Source: the human T2T-CHM13v2.0 reference genome, Homo sapiens. From it: a stretch of 64,000 bases of DNA. The stretch is taken from assembly GCF_009914755.1 (NCBI RefSeq), contig NC_060939.1; one strand, given 5' to 3'. Numbering within the stretch: position 1 is the first letter of the stretch; each line of letters opens with the position of its first letter. The translations under genes were made by a program, and so were the position numbers. This document shows positions 30,330 through 46,238 of this stretch, one piece after another. The notes beneath the pieces are model-generated. The model searched no databases. It was not told the origin of the DNA and saw only the letters and a list, made by a program, of their open reading frames with translations.

Positions 30330-30750
30330 TTTTTAAATTAATTTTTTGTTGTGGTAAAATACATAGAGCATAAAACTACCATTAGTAAAATTTAGTATAT
30401 TCACGATGTTGTGCAACCATTACCCCTACTTAGATCCAGAACATTTCAATATTCCAAAGGAAACCTCATACCTGTGAAGCAGTCACCTCCCACTCTCCCT
30501 GCTCTCAGCACCGGGCAACCACTAATCTGCTCTCTGCCTCCATGGATTTGCCTCTTCCGGATAGTTCATATAAACAGAATCATACAATATGTGGTCAATT
30601 GCAGGTGGCTTCTTTCATCTGGCATAATGTTTCCAAGGTTCATCCATGTTGTAGCATTCCTTCCTATGCAATAAAAAGGGCCTTCATGCCTTTTTATGAT
30701 GGCATAATATCCCATTCTATGGATATATCACAATTTGGTTATTCATTCAT
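30330..30750 (-). mobile_element. Old L1 (L1MB-like) 3'UTR fragment
   Basis: GCAACCACTAATCTGCTCTCTG...GAATCATACAATATGTGG...TTTCCAAGGTTCATCCATGTTGTAGCA. Confidence 0.7.
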
Positions 30751-32706
30751 AGGACTGCATTTTATTGTAGTTTAAATATTTGACTCTAGTTAAATTGCTA
30801 TGGATTCTCTTGTGTAAAATAGTTATTGACCGAAATAAAATGTTGGTGTTTCTCCTGTTTGAGTTTTAGAAAATAAGCTGTGCAGAGTGCTGCAAGGCAG
30901 CTGGAAGGAAAGGAAGATGGAGAAAATACAGCCTGGTTTCCAGAAAATGAGGGCCTGGGGTCAACAAGGCTATTATTTGTGACAAGCTCTTGAGTGAAAA
31001 GAGAAAACTTCAAATGATCATGATCATAAAGCCATATTCCACACAGGGTGATGTAGCAATGTTCCCCGGCACTCACGGGAAACCAGTGGGAGAGCGAATA
31101 CTGTGGGCAGAGGCTGCTTTTGTGACAGGCTCCTTTCCTGGCAGAGAGAGACTTGAAAATGTCACAGGTGCTTTTCATCACTGGTACAGCTGTCTCCCCT
31201 GGCTGACAAAAAAATGCTCCCTCTCCCCATCCGCCTTCCCAGCACTCATCTTTGTGAAGAGTGTGAAGCGGTAGGTGAGAAGCCATGACTTGATTTGGCA
31301 TTTAGACAGCAGGCCGGGGGAAATCGGGGTATCTAATTTGAATGTGACCTTGAACTAACTCTGAGCTGTGGACATCCAATGTTTACTTCCTCAGGCGAGT
31401 ACCCCTTTTTGCCCCTGACCTGATTACTCTTGTCTCCTCGGCCGAGCATCTTCAAAGAACTGTGTGCATACCCGCATCTGTGTCTTTACTTCCCATTCAG
31501 ACCTCCCTGCTCTTCCACGCCCATGTCCCACTGAGTCCACACAGACTCTTCGGCCCTCGCACTTCATGCAGCCCTTGACCCTGGTGGCACTAACCCCCCA
31601 CTCCTGATTTCTGAACCCTCTGTTTCTGGGGACACTGCTTTGTTGAATTGTCCTCCCATTTCCCTGCCCTTTCTCAGATCTCTGTGGCCACTTGCCCCTC
31701 AATGTCAGCTGTCACGGTGGTTTTGTTGTTGGCCCCTTCTCCTTCTTACAGACACACTCCCCTGGGGTGAAGCTGTCCCCTCCCATGGCTTCAACACCAG
31801 CTCTGCCCCTGCCCAGTTTTCCTCTGAGCTCCAGACCACCTGCCTGCTGGCTACCCCCTTTGGATAATCCATGGGATCCTAAAACCAGATGTGGCTGGAA
31901 GGGGACTCAGGCTAGCAAATCATTTTTAAAAATAACCAAACTCACCATCTTTTCCTCCCCCTTCCTCCCTCCAAAGCTCCCCCCAACCCTCTATGTCAGC
32001 TGGTAATACCAGCCACCACACCAAATGCCTGGCGATCACAACTGACTCGTTCCTCTCCTCTCCTTCAACCCTCACTTCCAGCCATCACCTAGAATCACCA
32101 GTTGTTAACATTTTGCACACTTGCTTTCTCTCACACCCTCTACTGTGTATATGTACCTTAACCCTAACCATATATATGTACACACACACACACATACACA
32201 CACACAAATATATATACACATGCAACCTCACTCCCGTCATGAGAAACCCTCAGACAAATAAAAATCGAGGGACATTCTCTAAGATCTATATGCTATATGC
32301 TACAAGGTCCGTTCTACATGCTTCAGAAATGTCAAGGGCATAAAAGGTCTAAAGAGATACCACAGATAAATGCTATCTGGATTGAATCCTGGATCAGAAA
32401 AAAAATGCTATCAAGGATAGTATGAAGTTTGTTTTAAACTTGACCGCCACTCTCCCAACTGGCACAGCCCTTGTTCAGACCACTTGCCCCACAGCTGTAC
32501 CCCTCATTGGCCGTGTTTCTCCAGGCTCACCCTCCAGCTCTCCACTCTCCACAACAGTGCACACCAGATCCAGACAGTTCTCTGCTGAAAGTTCTTCAGT
32601 GGCTCCTTGAGATAAATATCAAGCTCTGTCATGTAGCACACAAGACCTTCACAATCCCACTCACTTCTCCAGGCTTTGCTTTCCCCACTCATCACCTGTC
32701 CAAAAG

Positions 32707-33204
32707 TGTGGAGGGTCAGAGCTTTTATCCTGCTTGCAAGTTAACAAGTTAGTCTGCCAGTTTCATGGATATCGGCAGAAGACATGAGATGCCTGGGTCA
32801 GAGACAAGGGACAGTTTAATACTCACAGCAGTAGCCAGAGTAACGTTTGCACCTGTTTCCCCAGCCCCAGTTCCACAGAATGATATGTGGACCAAGTGAC
32901 ACTGGCATATGCAAACTGCTCAGCATCATTGGCTGAGGAACTCAAGGCTTGGGAAACCTCATTCTTTTAAAGGGGGCGGCTAGCAAACCTGTCCAACATT
33001 TACCTCTGAAAGGAGACGTGATCTTTATTATGCTGACAGCAAATAAATCACTCTTTGCCCTGCAGGGAGATATTGTCACTATCATCTAAGACTGTTTGTT
33101 ACATAAACGTCCTTTAAAAGCAAGTCTGGAACAAAACCTGTCTAGTGTCTCTGTTCACAGATATGCTGAAACATGAAAGACCCATGGAGAACTGTCTCCC
33201 AACA
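32707..33204 (-). mobile_element. LTR (LTR40-like, ERVL class)
   Basis: Minus strand begins TGTTGGGAGACAGTTCTCCATGGGTC; ~500 bp; TG...CA termini. Family name from memory. Confidence 0.6.
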
Positions 33205-34052
33205 CTACCCCTCAAACATTAGGCTACTGAGTCTCTAATTGTGCCACGTGCTCTCGCCTGCTTTTTAGGGCCTCTGTTGCCTGCAATGGGATGCCATCCT
33301 CATCCCTAAAACACTCACCACCCATGCACATAAATACTCACATATTCTCCTTGCCCTGCTAACTCCTGTGTGTTTCCAGAATTAGCTCCTCAGGCAAGCC
33401 TTTGCTGACAGACGCACATGCCCCCGAATTGAGGTTATTTGTCCCCTCTGTGTTCCACAACACCAGCACACGTCATCATAGCACTTAGTGTGCTTCATTG
33501 TAATTACCTGCTTATATGTCTACCTCCCCCTCACCTACCAGCCCATTGAAGGTAAGGGCTCTGTCTCTGGTTCCCTGTGACCAGCCCACAAAGGGATTCA
33601 TTAAAGACTGGAGGGGAGAATAAGCGAATCGGTGAATAAACTATTATTTTAAAGCTGTCAACAGTTTCTTCCTGACACTTGAGGTGGCATCGGATGTAAA
33701 TACAGTGAAGCTGGAAAGCTAGCATGGGGCCAGGGGTGGGGGGATTCATAAGCATCTTCCACACTCTGGGGCAGGCCGTCTCTGGGCTGTGGAAGGTAGC
33801 TCTTTGATAGACCCTCTTACCTACACAGATGTGAGGCAGGGAGCTGCCCAGTGGAAGTGTAGCCCCCAACGGAGCAGTCCAGATGCTGCTGCTTCGAGGT
33901 GAGATGCTCTGTTTAATGATACAATAATACAAACTGGAGGCATCTTTAGCAGTTTGTGCCTTTGCAAAGAACACTGTTTTTCAAAGGATGAAGTTAAGCC
34001 ATCCTAGACCGGGTTGCTGTTGCCCCACCTGTGATGTTATTTTAGACTAAGC

Positions 34053-34245
34053 CAGTGATTTTCAACTGGGGCGATTTTGCCCTTCAGGGGACATTGGCAA
34101 TGTCTGAAGACATTTTCAGCTGTCACAACTTGGGGGGGTGCTACTAGCATCTAGTGGGCAGAGGCCAGGGAATCTGCTAAGGATCCTGCAATGTGCAGGA
34201 CAGTCCTGCACAACAGAGAGTTATCCTGCCCAAAATATCCACAGG
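34053..34245 (+). mobile_element. MER20 (hAT-Charlie)
   Basis: CAGTGATTTTCAACTGGGGCGATTTTGCCC...GGCAATGTCTGAAGACATTTT; similar to the 7714 copy. Confidence 0.75.
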
Positions 34246-34677
34246 GAAGAGACTGGAAGGTCGAGACTGGACTATTGTAATTGTCCCCTCAGGGCCGTGA
34301 GGAAAGAGGAACCAGAGCATGCCCCACAGCGGAGGTTGATCTTGATGGAGTTGGCTGCTCTCCCTGTCAGTCGTTCTCTGGGGCAGGAAAGAGTGGTGGG
34401 AGAACACAGTCAGGAGGGACTCCAGTCCATGGGACACAGCATGATGGCAGCACCTCCTGGCATTGAGGAGGCAGGAAGAGATCACCACCCTCAGGGAGCA
34501 CTGATCACACAAACAGCTGTGTTAGATGTTCCTTTTAGGTTGTCATTGTCTAAGCATTCATCATAGGACCTCATTCAAATTTTGTTAAACTCAAGAACTA
34601 GTGAGGCTTCTTTCCCTTTTCTTTGTTTAAGCTACCATTTAATGAGCACTTTCTATGTGCCAGGCATCATTCTATAT

Positions 34678-34893
34678 CAGGGGTTGGCTAACTTTTTCTG
34701 CAAAAGGCCAGAGAGTAAGTTTTTGAAGCTTTGCGGGCCCTGTGGTTTCTGTCACTACCAGCTCTGCTATTGTAGCCCAAAAGCAGTCACAGAGAATATG
34801 CAAACAAATGAATGTAGCTGTGTTCCAAAGAAATTTATTTATAAAACAGGTGTTGGGCTGGACTTGACCCATGGGCCACAGTTTGTCAACTGC
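34678..34893 (+). mobile_element. MER58A (hAT-Charlie)
   Basis: CAGGGGTTGGCTAACTTTTTCTGCAAAAGGCCAGAGAGTAA...GGGCCACAGTTTGTCAAC. Confidence 0.7.
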
Positions 34894-36572
34894 CATTCTG
34901 TAAGCTTAACATGTGTTAATTACTGCAATCTGAATAACAATGCTATGATATAGACACTGTGTTCCTTTTAATAGACAAAGGAACCCAGGCACAGAAGGAT
35001 TGACTAATATGACCAAAGTCACACTGCCAGTGAGTAGCAAGCCTGAGCTCTGAACCATGACAGTTCACATCTTCCACGACAGCAGCTTCTCAATGCTCTT
35101 TGGAGGGACCAGAGCCCAGGCAGTAGCAACGGCTATGAGGTGGTGAGACGTGACCAGCAGATAAGCCCTGGGCAATGGTCCAGAGCTGGAGGGAGTGGAG
35201 AACTAGCCATTTGTGACTTTGTGAACAATCCCTGGGGAGTCTGGAAATTACCCAAAGAGGGGATCTGATAAAAGACAGAAACTTCCTGAAGTTCCCCAGG
35301 ATGAAGCCTGAACTAAAGTGAAGATTGGCCGCTGGACGTTGACCTGATGCTGGCTCAATGTTTCACGTAACAGCTTTCACAATAAGGATGTTCTTTCTGA
35401 TATCTTACCTATAGCACTCTTGCTATTATTTAAAGTTTTCCTTTATAGTAAAAAAACCACGAAAACAAAAATCTTTTGCTTTTTCATAGTTCTTCTTAAA
35501 CCTGAAGACCTTCATCCTGGCTACTTCTGTCTCTTCTCTAGAGATGCGTGAAGTATAGTGGGAAGGTCGAGGGCTTTGGAGGCATTCGACCAACCTGCCA
35601 ATCACAGCTCTGCCACCGACTAGCTATGTGACCTAGGGCACATTTCTTTGCTTCTCTGGGCTTCACTTACAAAATGGAAGTGGCAGTACCTATCTCACCG
35701 GGTGCTGTGCTGTGAGGAATCACTGCGTAAGAGCCATGTCTAGACAAGGTAGACTCTTACGCACGCTGGGTCCCAGGCCCTCCTGAGTTGATTTGTCTCA
35801 GTTCTTTCTTTTTTTCTTAGGGGCTGGTTTCCAACCTTTTAGAGCAACTTCTCTCTTTCACTTCACCAAAAACAAATCTAAGGTTTCCTACATGTCTCCT
35901 TTTACTTCTAATGAGATGCACATGGTGATGTGGCATTTCCTTTCAGGCCAGTTTCACCTCTGAAATCCGACCATCCCAGATCAATGTCACCTTCTCTCTG
36001 GTGCCTTCCCTGAGTCCCAGAGCCAAAAATTAATAGAGAAATAACCCATTCTTTCCTCAATCATCAACAAGTGTTTCCTGAGCACCTCCCCTGGGCCAGG
36101 CTATGTGCATCTATCTGCCTATGCAGCTGCTGTGGGGACGCTGACCCCTAAGCTGTGCAGACACACCCTCCTTCTAGATAACTCTTCTTGAGGGTAAAAA
36201 TGGCTCCTTGGTCACCCTCTGTTCCTCTTGGAAGTCCTAGAACACTGCTGTGCATGCAGCAGGCTCAAGCTCAAAAGCCACCATTGATTAAACAATTCAG
36301 CAGTGATAATTTGACAAGTGATAATCAGCCTTTGCAGGAAAGCCAACACCTGATTATTAACCCAAGAAGTACCCATGCCATCATGGGACAGTTATGTGGC
36401 AGGAAACAGTTGATGCCTATAATTCTTAACTTTTTACCAGGGCATAACAAGTTTTCTGACAGGGCATCTGTGCAGATGCAGTCTGACCAAGGGATGGGTC
36501 GCTCCCTGCTTCATCCTTGCTGATGTACAAGTTAAGCATTCCACTAAAAGGCTTATCAAGAGTGGGAGACTT

Positions 36573-37027
36573 GGCCGGATGCGGTGGCTCACGCCTGTAA
36601 TCCTGGCACTTTGGGAGGCCGAGGAGGGCGGATCACCTGAGGTCGGGAGTTCGAGACCAGCCTGACCAACATGGAGAAACCCCATCTCTACTAAAAATAC
36701 AAAATTAGCCGGGCGTGGTGGCGCATGCCTGTAATCCCAGGTACTCAGGAGGCTAAGGTAGGAGAATCGCTTGAACCCTGGAGGCGGAGGTTGCAGTGAG
36801 CAGAGATCGTGCCAGCCTGGGCAACAAGAGTAAAACTCTGTCTCAAAAAAAAAGTGGGGGGGCGGTGAGGAGACTTGGCTAGGTGCGATGGCTCACAATC
36901 TTAGAGCACTTTGGGAGGCCAAGGCAGGTAGATCACTTGAGCCCAGGAGTTTGAGACCCACCTGGGCAACACAGTGAAACAGTGAAACCCCGTCACTAGA
37001 AAAAAAAAAAAAAAAAAAAAAAAAAAA
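36573..37027 (+). mobile_element. Alu dimer (36573-36852) followed by an Alu left monomer with long poly-A (36877-37027)
   Basis: GGCCGG... start and A tails; ggagactt repeated at the junctions. Confidence 0.9.
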
Positions 37028-37620
37028 CAGTGGGACTCTTAGGAAACTGCCACAAGGAGTCTCTTTAAGATTTCACCTAAGCACGGTTCCAAGCAGGGAG
37101 CTATAAATGCACATGTGAGTAACTCAGAAACCAGCTGAGAGGCTGGGTCCCAGTTAAACTGTACAGGAGATGCAGCTGGGAGTATGTGTGAGTACAGACA
37201 CATCTAAGAACACAAATACGCAGATGAACACAGATTGGGGGATGTGGGCGCTCCTCTTCAATCAGTCTTTGCAGCCTGGGCTCTTGCCTCGCAGTGTGCC
37301 GTTCTCATATGATATCTGCTCACTGAATCACGGCTTGCTGCCCAGGCCCTGCAGCCCTGGCCCATCGTCCAGGCACATTTCTGGCATATGCCTCTTCACT
37401 GTGCATGGCCTGTCCTCTGTGTTCCCTCTTCCAATGTGGTCCTGTCCAGTGCTAATCACCGCACTCCCTCCACTGCCCAACCTCTTCCAAAGATGTGTTC
37501 CTGAGGGCACTGTTTCAAGATTGTTCCTGGAGGAACTCCTGCACCTCTTTCAGCCCTGTGCTGCTGACAGCAATGACTGGATTCTATTTTGTCTTCCTAG
37601 CAACTGCACTGGTGTGTGTG

Positions 37621-37786
37621 TGTTTGTTTGTTTGTGTTGCGACAGGGTCTCTCTCTGTTGCTGGGGCTGAGTGCAGTGGCACAATCACAGTTCACTGCAG
37701 CCTCAACCTCCTAGACTCAAGTGATCCTCCCACCTCAGCCTCCCAGAGTTCTGGGATTACAGGCATAAGCCACCTCATCCGGACAC
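37621..37786 (-). mobile_element. Alu monomer (FRAM/AluJ-like)
   Basis: Single arm, degenerate. Confidence 0.75.
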
Positions 37787-38528
37787 ACTGGTCTTTGATC
37801 CACATTTCCCATGAGCATGTCACAACGAACAGTGTAAAATATTTATTTATGTCAATAGGTATTAAGTCTATTGTGTTTTCTTTAACTGCTAAGCCTTTGA
37901 TCCTGATGGGGGGAAGAAAAGCAAGTGAACTTGGCATAATTCCTGGCAAATCTACACTATTTACTCTTCAAAAAAAATCCCTGCATTTCCTCAACGGCAT
38001 GAGGTGTAGTGCAGGGCACACAGTGCCTGGCATAAAACGAGCATCCACCAATGGACTGGGAAAGAGCACCGGGAGGGAGTTAAGAGGCCCAAGTTCTGAC
38101 TCTGCTCCTCAGGCTGCTGGAGCCACCTGACAGTTTTGAGCTTTCCTGGCTTCAGTTGTAAACAGGGGCAGGGTTTGGTGACATGAGCTTCCCCTCCCCT
38201 GCCTGGGGCCCACCTAAGCAATAACGGCTGTCTGGGCACCTATTTGAATACTTTGTGAAGCCCAGCAGAGACGGGCTTTCAGCCACAATCAGGCTGCTCC
38301 AGGCAATTGCAATGTTGGGTATCTACATTTCTGGCCCAATTATATCAAAAGGTCAGGACCCCCATTTCTCCTCCCTTGGTCCAGATCCTCTCCCTTTCCC
38401 CTACATCCCTCTGGTCTCCCTTCCTCTGGGGTTTCACACTCAATCCATTCTCCACCCTGCAGCTGGGATGATTCTCCTAAAATGCTAATCCCAGTTTGTC
38501 AGTGTTCTACTTAGAAGGTCCAGCAGTG

Positions 38529-38825
<297 letters not shown>

Positions 38826-39558
38826 GCATGTCCTGCAGTTCCCTGCTGTGTCTAGAACGAGGTCCTGGCTCTTTGGCCTGGCTCAGCTCTTCACACTCTG
38901 GCCCCAAGCCCCTTCCCTCATCACTGAGGTCCTCAGGAATCTCCAGAACATAGCAGCTTCCTTCTTTGCACAGGCTGTCCCTTTGTCCCAGAGGCCCTCC
39001 ATCCCCTGCCCTTTGCCTGGCTTGCTCTTATGTGTCCTTCAGGTCTCATCTTGGACATCACCTCCCCCAGGAAGCCTTCTTTAATCCTTTCCTCCAAAAT
39101 ACTGAGTGAGGTCTCTCTCCTCTGTACTGTAAGGCCCCGCTTAATTGCTCTGTCCTCCAGATTCTTAGTCTCATAATGGTAGGGACCAAGCCTTGTCAAC
39201 CATTTCCTGAGTACCAATACTTATCCGTTTCTTTAGTCCAATATTTGGCACTTAGTCTTCACTCAGTGAATATTTGTGGAATGAATGTGAACCATTTATC
39301 TCAGGCAAGTTGAAAACTTTGGTTGGTTTTTACATCTGCCTTTGATTAATAACAAGTGGGAAATTTTAAACTACTTCATTACTATATAAATATGTTTAAA
39401 AACTGTTTAAATCATGGTACCCATGTGGTGGGGGAAGGCAGAATAAAACAGTGGTGAAAATGTAGGGTACCACTAGACTAAGGCTCTTTCTAGATGAAAA
39501 TCCAGAAATCTGTTACAAGGTTTTGGCTCAGGATCAGGAAATAAGATCCCCAAGCTAG

Positions 39559-39900
<342 letters not shown>

Positions 39901-42139
39901 TAGATTTGCAGGTCATAGAAGAATAGACATTTGCTCAAGTTGGAGACATCAATTTTCCTCTGGGCTTCCTGGTGACCAAAGCCAAAAGAGTCAACAGTAA
40001 ACACTGCCTCATACTTGCTTCAAAACTTTCTTCCACGACATTGAGAGTTCCATCTTTTCTCCTTTCTCCATTTCTGATAGAGTTTCCAGAAAAGTGGTGT
40101 GCCAATGAGGAGCCACCCTGGGAAGGCACCAGGCCCCACTTGCCAATGCCAGCATGACCTTACATAAGGAAATCTCACTGTCATCATTACCTAGGAGACT
40201 TTGCAGAGCCCTGTGTCCTAGAAGGAGGGGGCAGCATGTGCCACTTGCCCTGAATCTGCAGGTATCTTTCTGAGAACTGGATGGGTTGCATCCATTTCAC
40301 ACCATAGCTGACCTAGTCACGAGTTAATAATTGCAAAATTGTTTAAAAGTTAAAATGAGCTAAGTGATCTACGTATTTGGAGTTACACCAGCTCTGAGTC
40401 AATGTTTATAGACTCAAGGAGGTGGCAGCTAGTATTTGTTTCTTCCTGGTTGGCATAAATTGAACGCTTGTCAGGTAATTGGAAAGTTTTCTCCTTAAAT
40501 GAATACTTACATAAACTAAAAAAACTAGTGCCTAAATTACTTTGTTTTTACATACTTGTGAGAACGACCCAACATCACCAAAAAGTATACGTGAACTGTG
40601 AATTAACTGCAAGTTGGAAAAAGCTATAGTTCAAGATCTGACATGATTCCCCATCATACTTACGTGCTGTGTCAGACCAGGTGCATAATGGCCGTTATTT
40701 TTATACCGTTTTGCCTCCACTGTTTTCAGTATTGTTGAAATTAATCGTTTCAGCCCCTTTCTGTGTGTTCTTAGCATCTAACATGGTGCTTCTCTGTATT
40801 CGTGGAATAGCTATCCTATTTCATTGCTTCTCAATGCAACTGATAACAAGATATATCCCAATTTCAGAGATGCTAAAATGTGGGGAAAGTGGACATCTTA
40901 GGACCAATAAAATAGGACCTTTGACTGTAGCAGGTGCTATCTCTCTTTCTTGGCCTGGTGGTGTGGCCCCTGGAAGAGACTGGCCATGGTGCCTGCGCTC
41001 CACCATGGTGCCTGCACCCTTCGCCCAGCAGTTGCCCCTGCGAAGGAAGAGAGTAACAGGCCAGGAAGGAGGCCCCTGCTCCTTCTGAGACTGCAGGATC
41101 CCGAGGAAACATTCTCTGACCTATTCTCTTCCTCAAGGAGAACCAGGACTTTCTCCCTCCTGCCCGCAGCCACCTTCCCACTCATGCTTTGAATTCAGCC
41201 TTTTTGCTTGAAAGATTTATTTTGAGCAGGTTCACAGGGCAGCACACTGGCTCCTCTTCTTAAGGGGATGCGTTGCCAAAAGCTCTGGCCAGCTCTTGCA
41301 GAAGCCATGCCCTGCCCTCACCTGAATGCCCGGGGCTCAAGACCAGCAGGTAGCAGAAGGGTCAAGTCGGAGCACAGCCAGAGGCCTGAAAGGCCCTGGC
41401 AGGACAGCCCCACAGCTCGTCCTTCCTCCTCACCTGCCAGCCCGCTGCACCTGCGGTTCCAAGGCTTGATGCTGCCCCAGTGGGAAAAGGGCGCTGCATG
41501 AGGCTAGGCTGGTGTCAATCCCAAATAGCTCAGCCCCAAGTTTCTTCCTAGGCTCAGGCCTCCACTCCTGAACCCCAAACTAGGCTCAGCCCCCATGGGC
41601 TAGACAGGGAACCAGAGAATTTGCCTATTTGCCTGCTCTCTGGGAGACTTCAGGGGCTTGGCTGAGGAGGCCATGGTTATGGAACCAGATATCTGGTTCC
41701 TGGATGCCAGGAAAGCACCAGGGAGATGAGACCTGACTTCACCTTGGTCTGAAGAACCAGGCTAGAAAGGACATTCTGGCCTGTGAGGCCCTTGGGACGA
41801 GAGCTTGCAGTCCTTGTGTTTTTTAAATTCCTTTCTTACTCAAAAAGGAAATACCCTTTGTTTATTGAAAATATAAAAGGAGTATTTCCTGGCTGTAAAA
41901 ACTCACAATTCAGAAAAGTGTGAAGAAGCAGAACCCTTCCTAACAAAAATAGAGCTCTCATGCGTTTGGTGCTGTAGAGTTTACAAGGCCTTTCCCTCCA
42001 TATTAGTTCATTTAATCTGCACCATAGCTCTGCGAGGCAAAGAGAAAGAAACTACAGTTAGCTTTGTATGTGCTAGGCCCTGTGTGAGCCTCTCTCCATG
42101 TGTTATCTTATTTGATCCTTACCACAACCCTCTGAAGCA

Positions 42140-42323
42140 CAGCTGGGATTCTCAAACTTGAGTGAGCAGCAGAATCACCTGGAGGACTTGTTAAAACAAA
42201 TTTCTGGGCCCCGCCCCCCAGAGTTTCTGGTTAGGAGGTAGGCCTGGGATGGGCTGAGAATTTGCATTTGGCTTAGGTGATGCTAATGCTGCTGGCCCAG
42301 GGACCACACTTTGAGAACCACTG
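42140..42323. mobile_element. MER5A
   Basis: TTCTCAAACTTGAGTGAGCAGCAGAATCACCTGGAGGACTTGTTAAAAC...GGACCACACTTTGAGAACCACTG. Confidence 0.75.
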
Positions 42324-42845
42324 GTGTAGATGCCATGATTCTCATCTTGTAGCTAAGGAACCAAGGCTCAGAGAGGTCATTACTTTCCTAAGGCGCACCA
42401 GACAGAAAGTGGCCTAGCAGATATTTCCATGGAGGTCACCTGGTTCTGGGGTCTGTAAAGTTTCCGCTTCTTCCTCCTGGTTTTCTGCCTCATCCTCTGT
42501 TCCACTATGCCTGTCTTTAGGAACTAATGCTAGCTTCCCTATGTTTTTACTCAGCTGATGAGGCCAGCTGTGAACACAAAAATGTAGGCATTTTGGCAGC
42601 CACAGGCCAAAAGCCTCCAGGATACGCACAAACCCCAATTCTGCAATTCAGGAAAGATGAGAAGTAACTATGAGTAGGCGGGCCACACCACATCCAGACA
42701 GACCCTAGATGTCACAACTTCAATTAGAAGTAACTGAAACTACAACACAGATTTAATTCAAGATAGGGGGTCGGATTTCTAACCCCAGCAGAAATCCATG
42801 GGATTTGGGGATAGGAATTCAGTGTGCTGGTATGAAAAACATGTC

Positions 42846-43516
<671 letters not shown>

Positions 43517-45737
43517 TTATTCATCCTCAGGATGGCAGCTGGGAGTCGCGAGAAGTGGCTGGAATGTTTTGAGATGGCCAAGCCTCCCTCCCTTTGATAG
43601 AGACAAGAGCCCTCGGTCTATTAATTGCAGGTGCTCCCTGCTGTTTTGAGTCTCCCCTGAGCTCTCACTGCAGCCTGCTTTTTATATTGCAATTCAGGTG
43701 TGAGGTCACACAGTGCCTTTATCACTGCTGAAGAATAGAAAGTCAAGAGTTTGCTTCCTGGCCTCCTTTCATGTGTTCCATTTCTAGTTCTGTGTGGGAA
43801 GAGGCTGAGAGGGTGTCTGGAGCCCCAAGAAAGTTCATTACAGAAAATAAATATTTCCGCAGATACAGGACAGAAGGCGGGTGGAGGTGTGGGCCTGGAG
43901 GACTTCAGGGACATGAAAATGAGGTTTGCCCCAGTGGAGGATCTCCCCCTGATTTCCAAAGGAAATTCTTTAAGACGGACAATGTATTATCTGGGAGAGG
44001 AACCAAGGAGTGCAGCAAAAGGAATGCACAGCACTGCCCGGCTCACACCGAGTCCTGCCAGAGCCGAGGGCCACGAGGGCTGGCCTGCCGCAACAGAGAA
44101 CTGGGCAGGCTGACCTGTAAGCATGTGCGGCCACAGCCACAGCCAGCCACCTGGCACCCCCGTGCCAGGCCACCTTCTTTCCAAGGTTTCCTGAACAGGA
44201 TGGAGGGGCTGGCCTCGCGGGTGCCCTGTGGGGCTGTGATAGGGGTTGGCGCACCCTCCAGGAGGAAGGCTTGTCATCCATGTTCTTCTGCCATCCCATC
44301 GCGTTTAAGACTTTGCAGATCTTGAGCAAACAGGGGTTTTCATCTATTTCTCAACCAGCTCACATCCAAGAAGCAGCAAGCCAATATCTGATATCATCAG
44401 GGATGAAACACCACGCCCATTCTCAGCTAACATGATGTGCTCTCGGGTCTAGCTCCAATACAGTCATTCTTTCTGGTTGCTCTGTTGTTTTGAACACACT
44501 AGGGTTTTTTTTTGTTTTGTTTTTGGGTTTTTTGTTTTGTTTTAGTTTGGTTTGGTTTTTTCTTGGGGAAGGACTAAAAAAGCTATCAGAGTAAGGATGA
44601 ATCTCCCAGCCAGCTGGAACTTTGTAACTCTTTTATTGAATATGAAATATATACCGAAAAGTGTGTAGACCATAAGCAAACAGCTGGATGAATGCTCAAA
44701 AACTGACTGCAGCACCCACACCAAGGACCTGAACGTGCCCACAACCCTTCCTGCCTCCTTCCGGTCATCTTCATCCCCCACAGGGCACATATTCTGATAC
44801 CTTAGCAGGCTGGAGTTTGTCCTTAGCTCACATGACAACCTGACCTGCAGCTGTCCTCAGTTCACAGCAAGTGAAGCTGCCGGGCTCAGCGGGATTGATG
44901 CGGGACTGATTTCCGGCGGGGAAGGTCCATGTCACATCATCCCCAGCCTCTCTCTCATGATGCCACCTCAGCCATGCTAAGCCCAGCAGCCATTCAGCTG
45001 CTGTTTCAGCACCCTAGGAGGGGCTCAAAGAGGTGGCGCTGGCCCCATCTTGGCAGTCAGATGGTCCTCCTCTCTCCAGGGAGGAGCCATCCATGCAGTC
45101 AGCCTGGTGACTCAGCTATGAGGATGTAGGGGTAGAACTCCCTTTTTTGTACTTCTAAAAGTCCTACCATGTGTGCCAGACAGTGGGAGGCCCCTGGAGA
45201 ATGACTCAGCAGTGTACGTGCAAAGAAGCTGAGTTCTGCACATGAGCCACCATGCCCAGCACGGAGCCTTTGGTTGGACTTGCCCCATTCAGTGCGGCCC
45301 TTATTGCTTGGAAGCCGTTTCCCTCCAGCACTTATGCTGGGCCCTCTGTCTACCTGTGCAGCCCTGAGCACAGGTGCCAGCTGCCAGCCAGGACCTAAGG
45401 AGGAGCTAGCCAAGACCTCAGGAGGAGTTTGCCTCCTTAGCTGTCTTCCATCTGTCCTCTCCTGCACGTCCCCTCTGAGGGCTGACTCCACATCACACAT
45501 GCCCATGTCACTAATAAAAACCAGACTTGCCTTTGTGCTTACCCCATGCATGTCCATGCATCATTAGACTCTGCCCTCTGCTTCCTCAGCAAAGAGCTGC
45601 TCTAATTATGCAGGGTAGGAGGGACAGAGGGCTGGCCAGAGCTAGTGGTCAGGGAGAAATGCTTCTGGACAGGTCAGTGTGGCTGCACTGAGAAGCCCGC
45701 CCTTGGCGAACACCACGTCATGATGAAGAGGCAGTTA

Positions 45738-46058
<321 letters not shown>

Positions 46059-46238
46059 TCACACAATGTCTCTGTTCCCTGTCGCCATCTCATTCTGCCC
46101 AGGAGGGCTGTAACAGAGAGATAGGGATAGAGGACCCCGTAGAGATGTGATCTGTGTTTCTATCATACCTGAGAGGCCAGCAGAAGAGGTGGGGCAAGCT
46201 TCCTCTCTCTGGATAGACAGGTCTTGGGAACCATGGGT

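Noticed and set aside
43621-44329. Cluster of overlapping 100-180 aa ORFs on both strands
   Set aside because: No recognisable domain, splice support or codon pattern; consistent with chance in GC-rich DNA.
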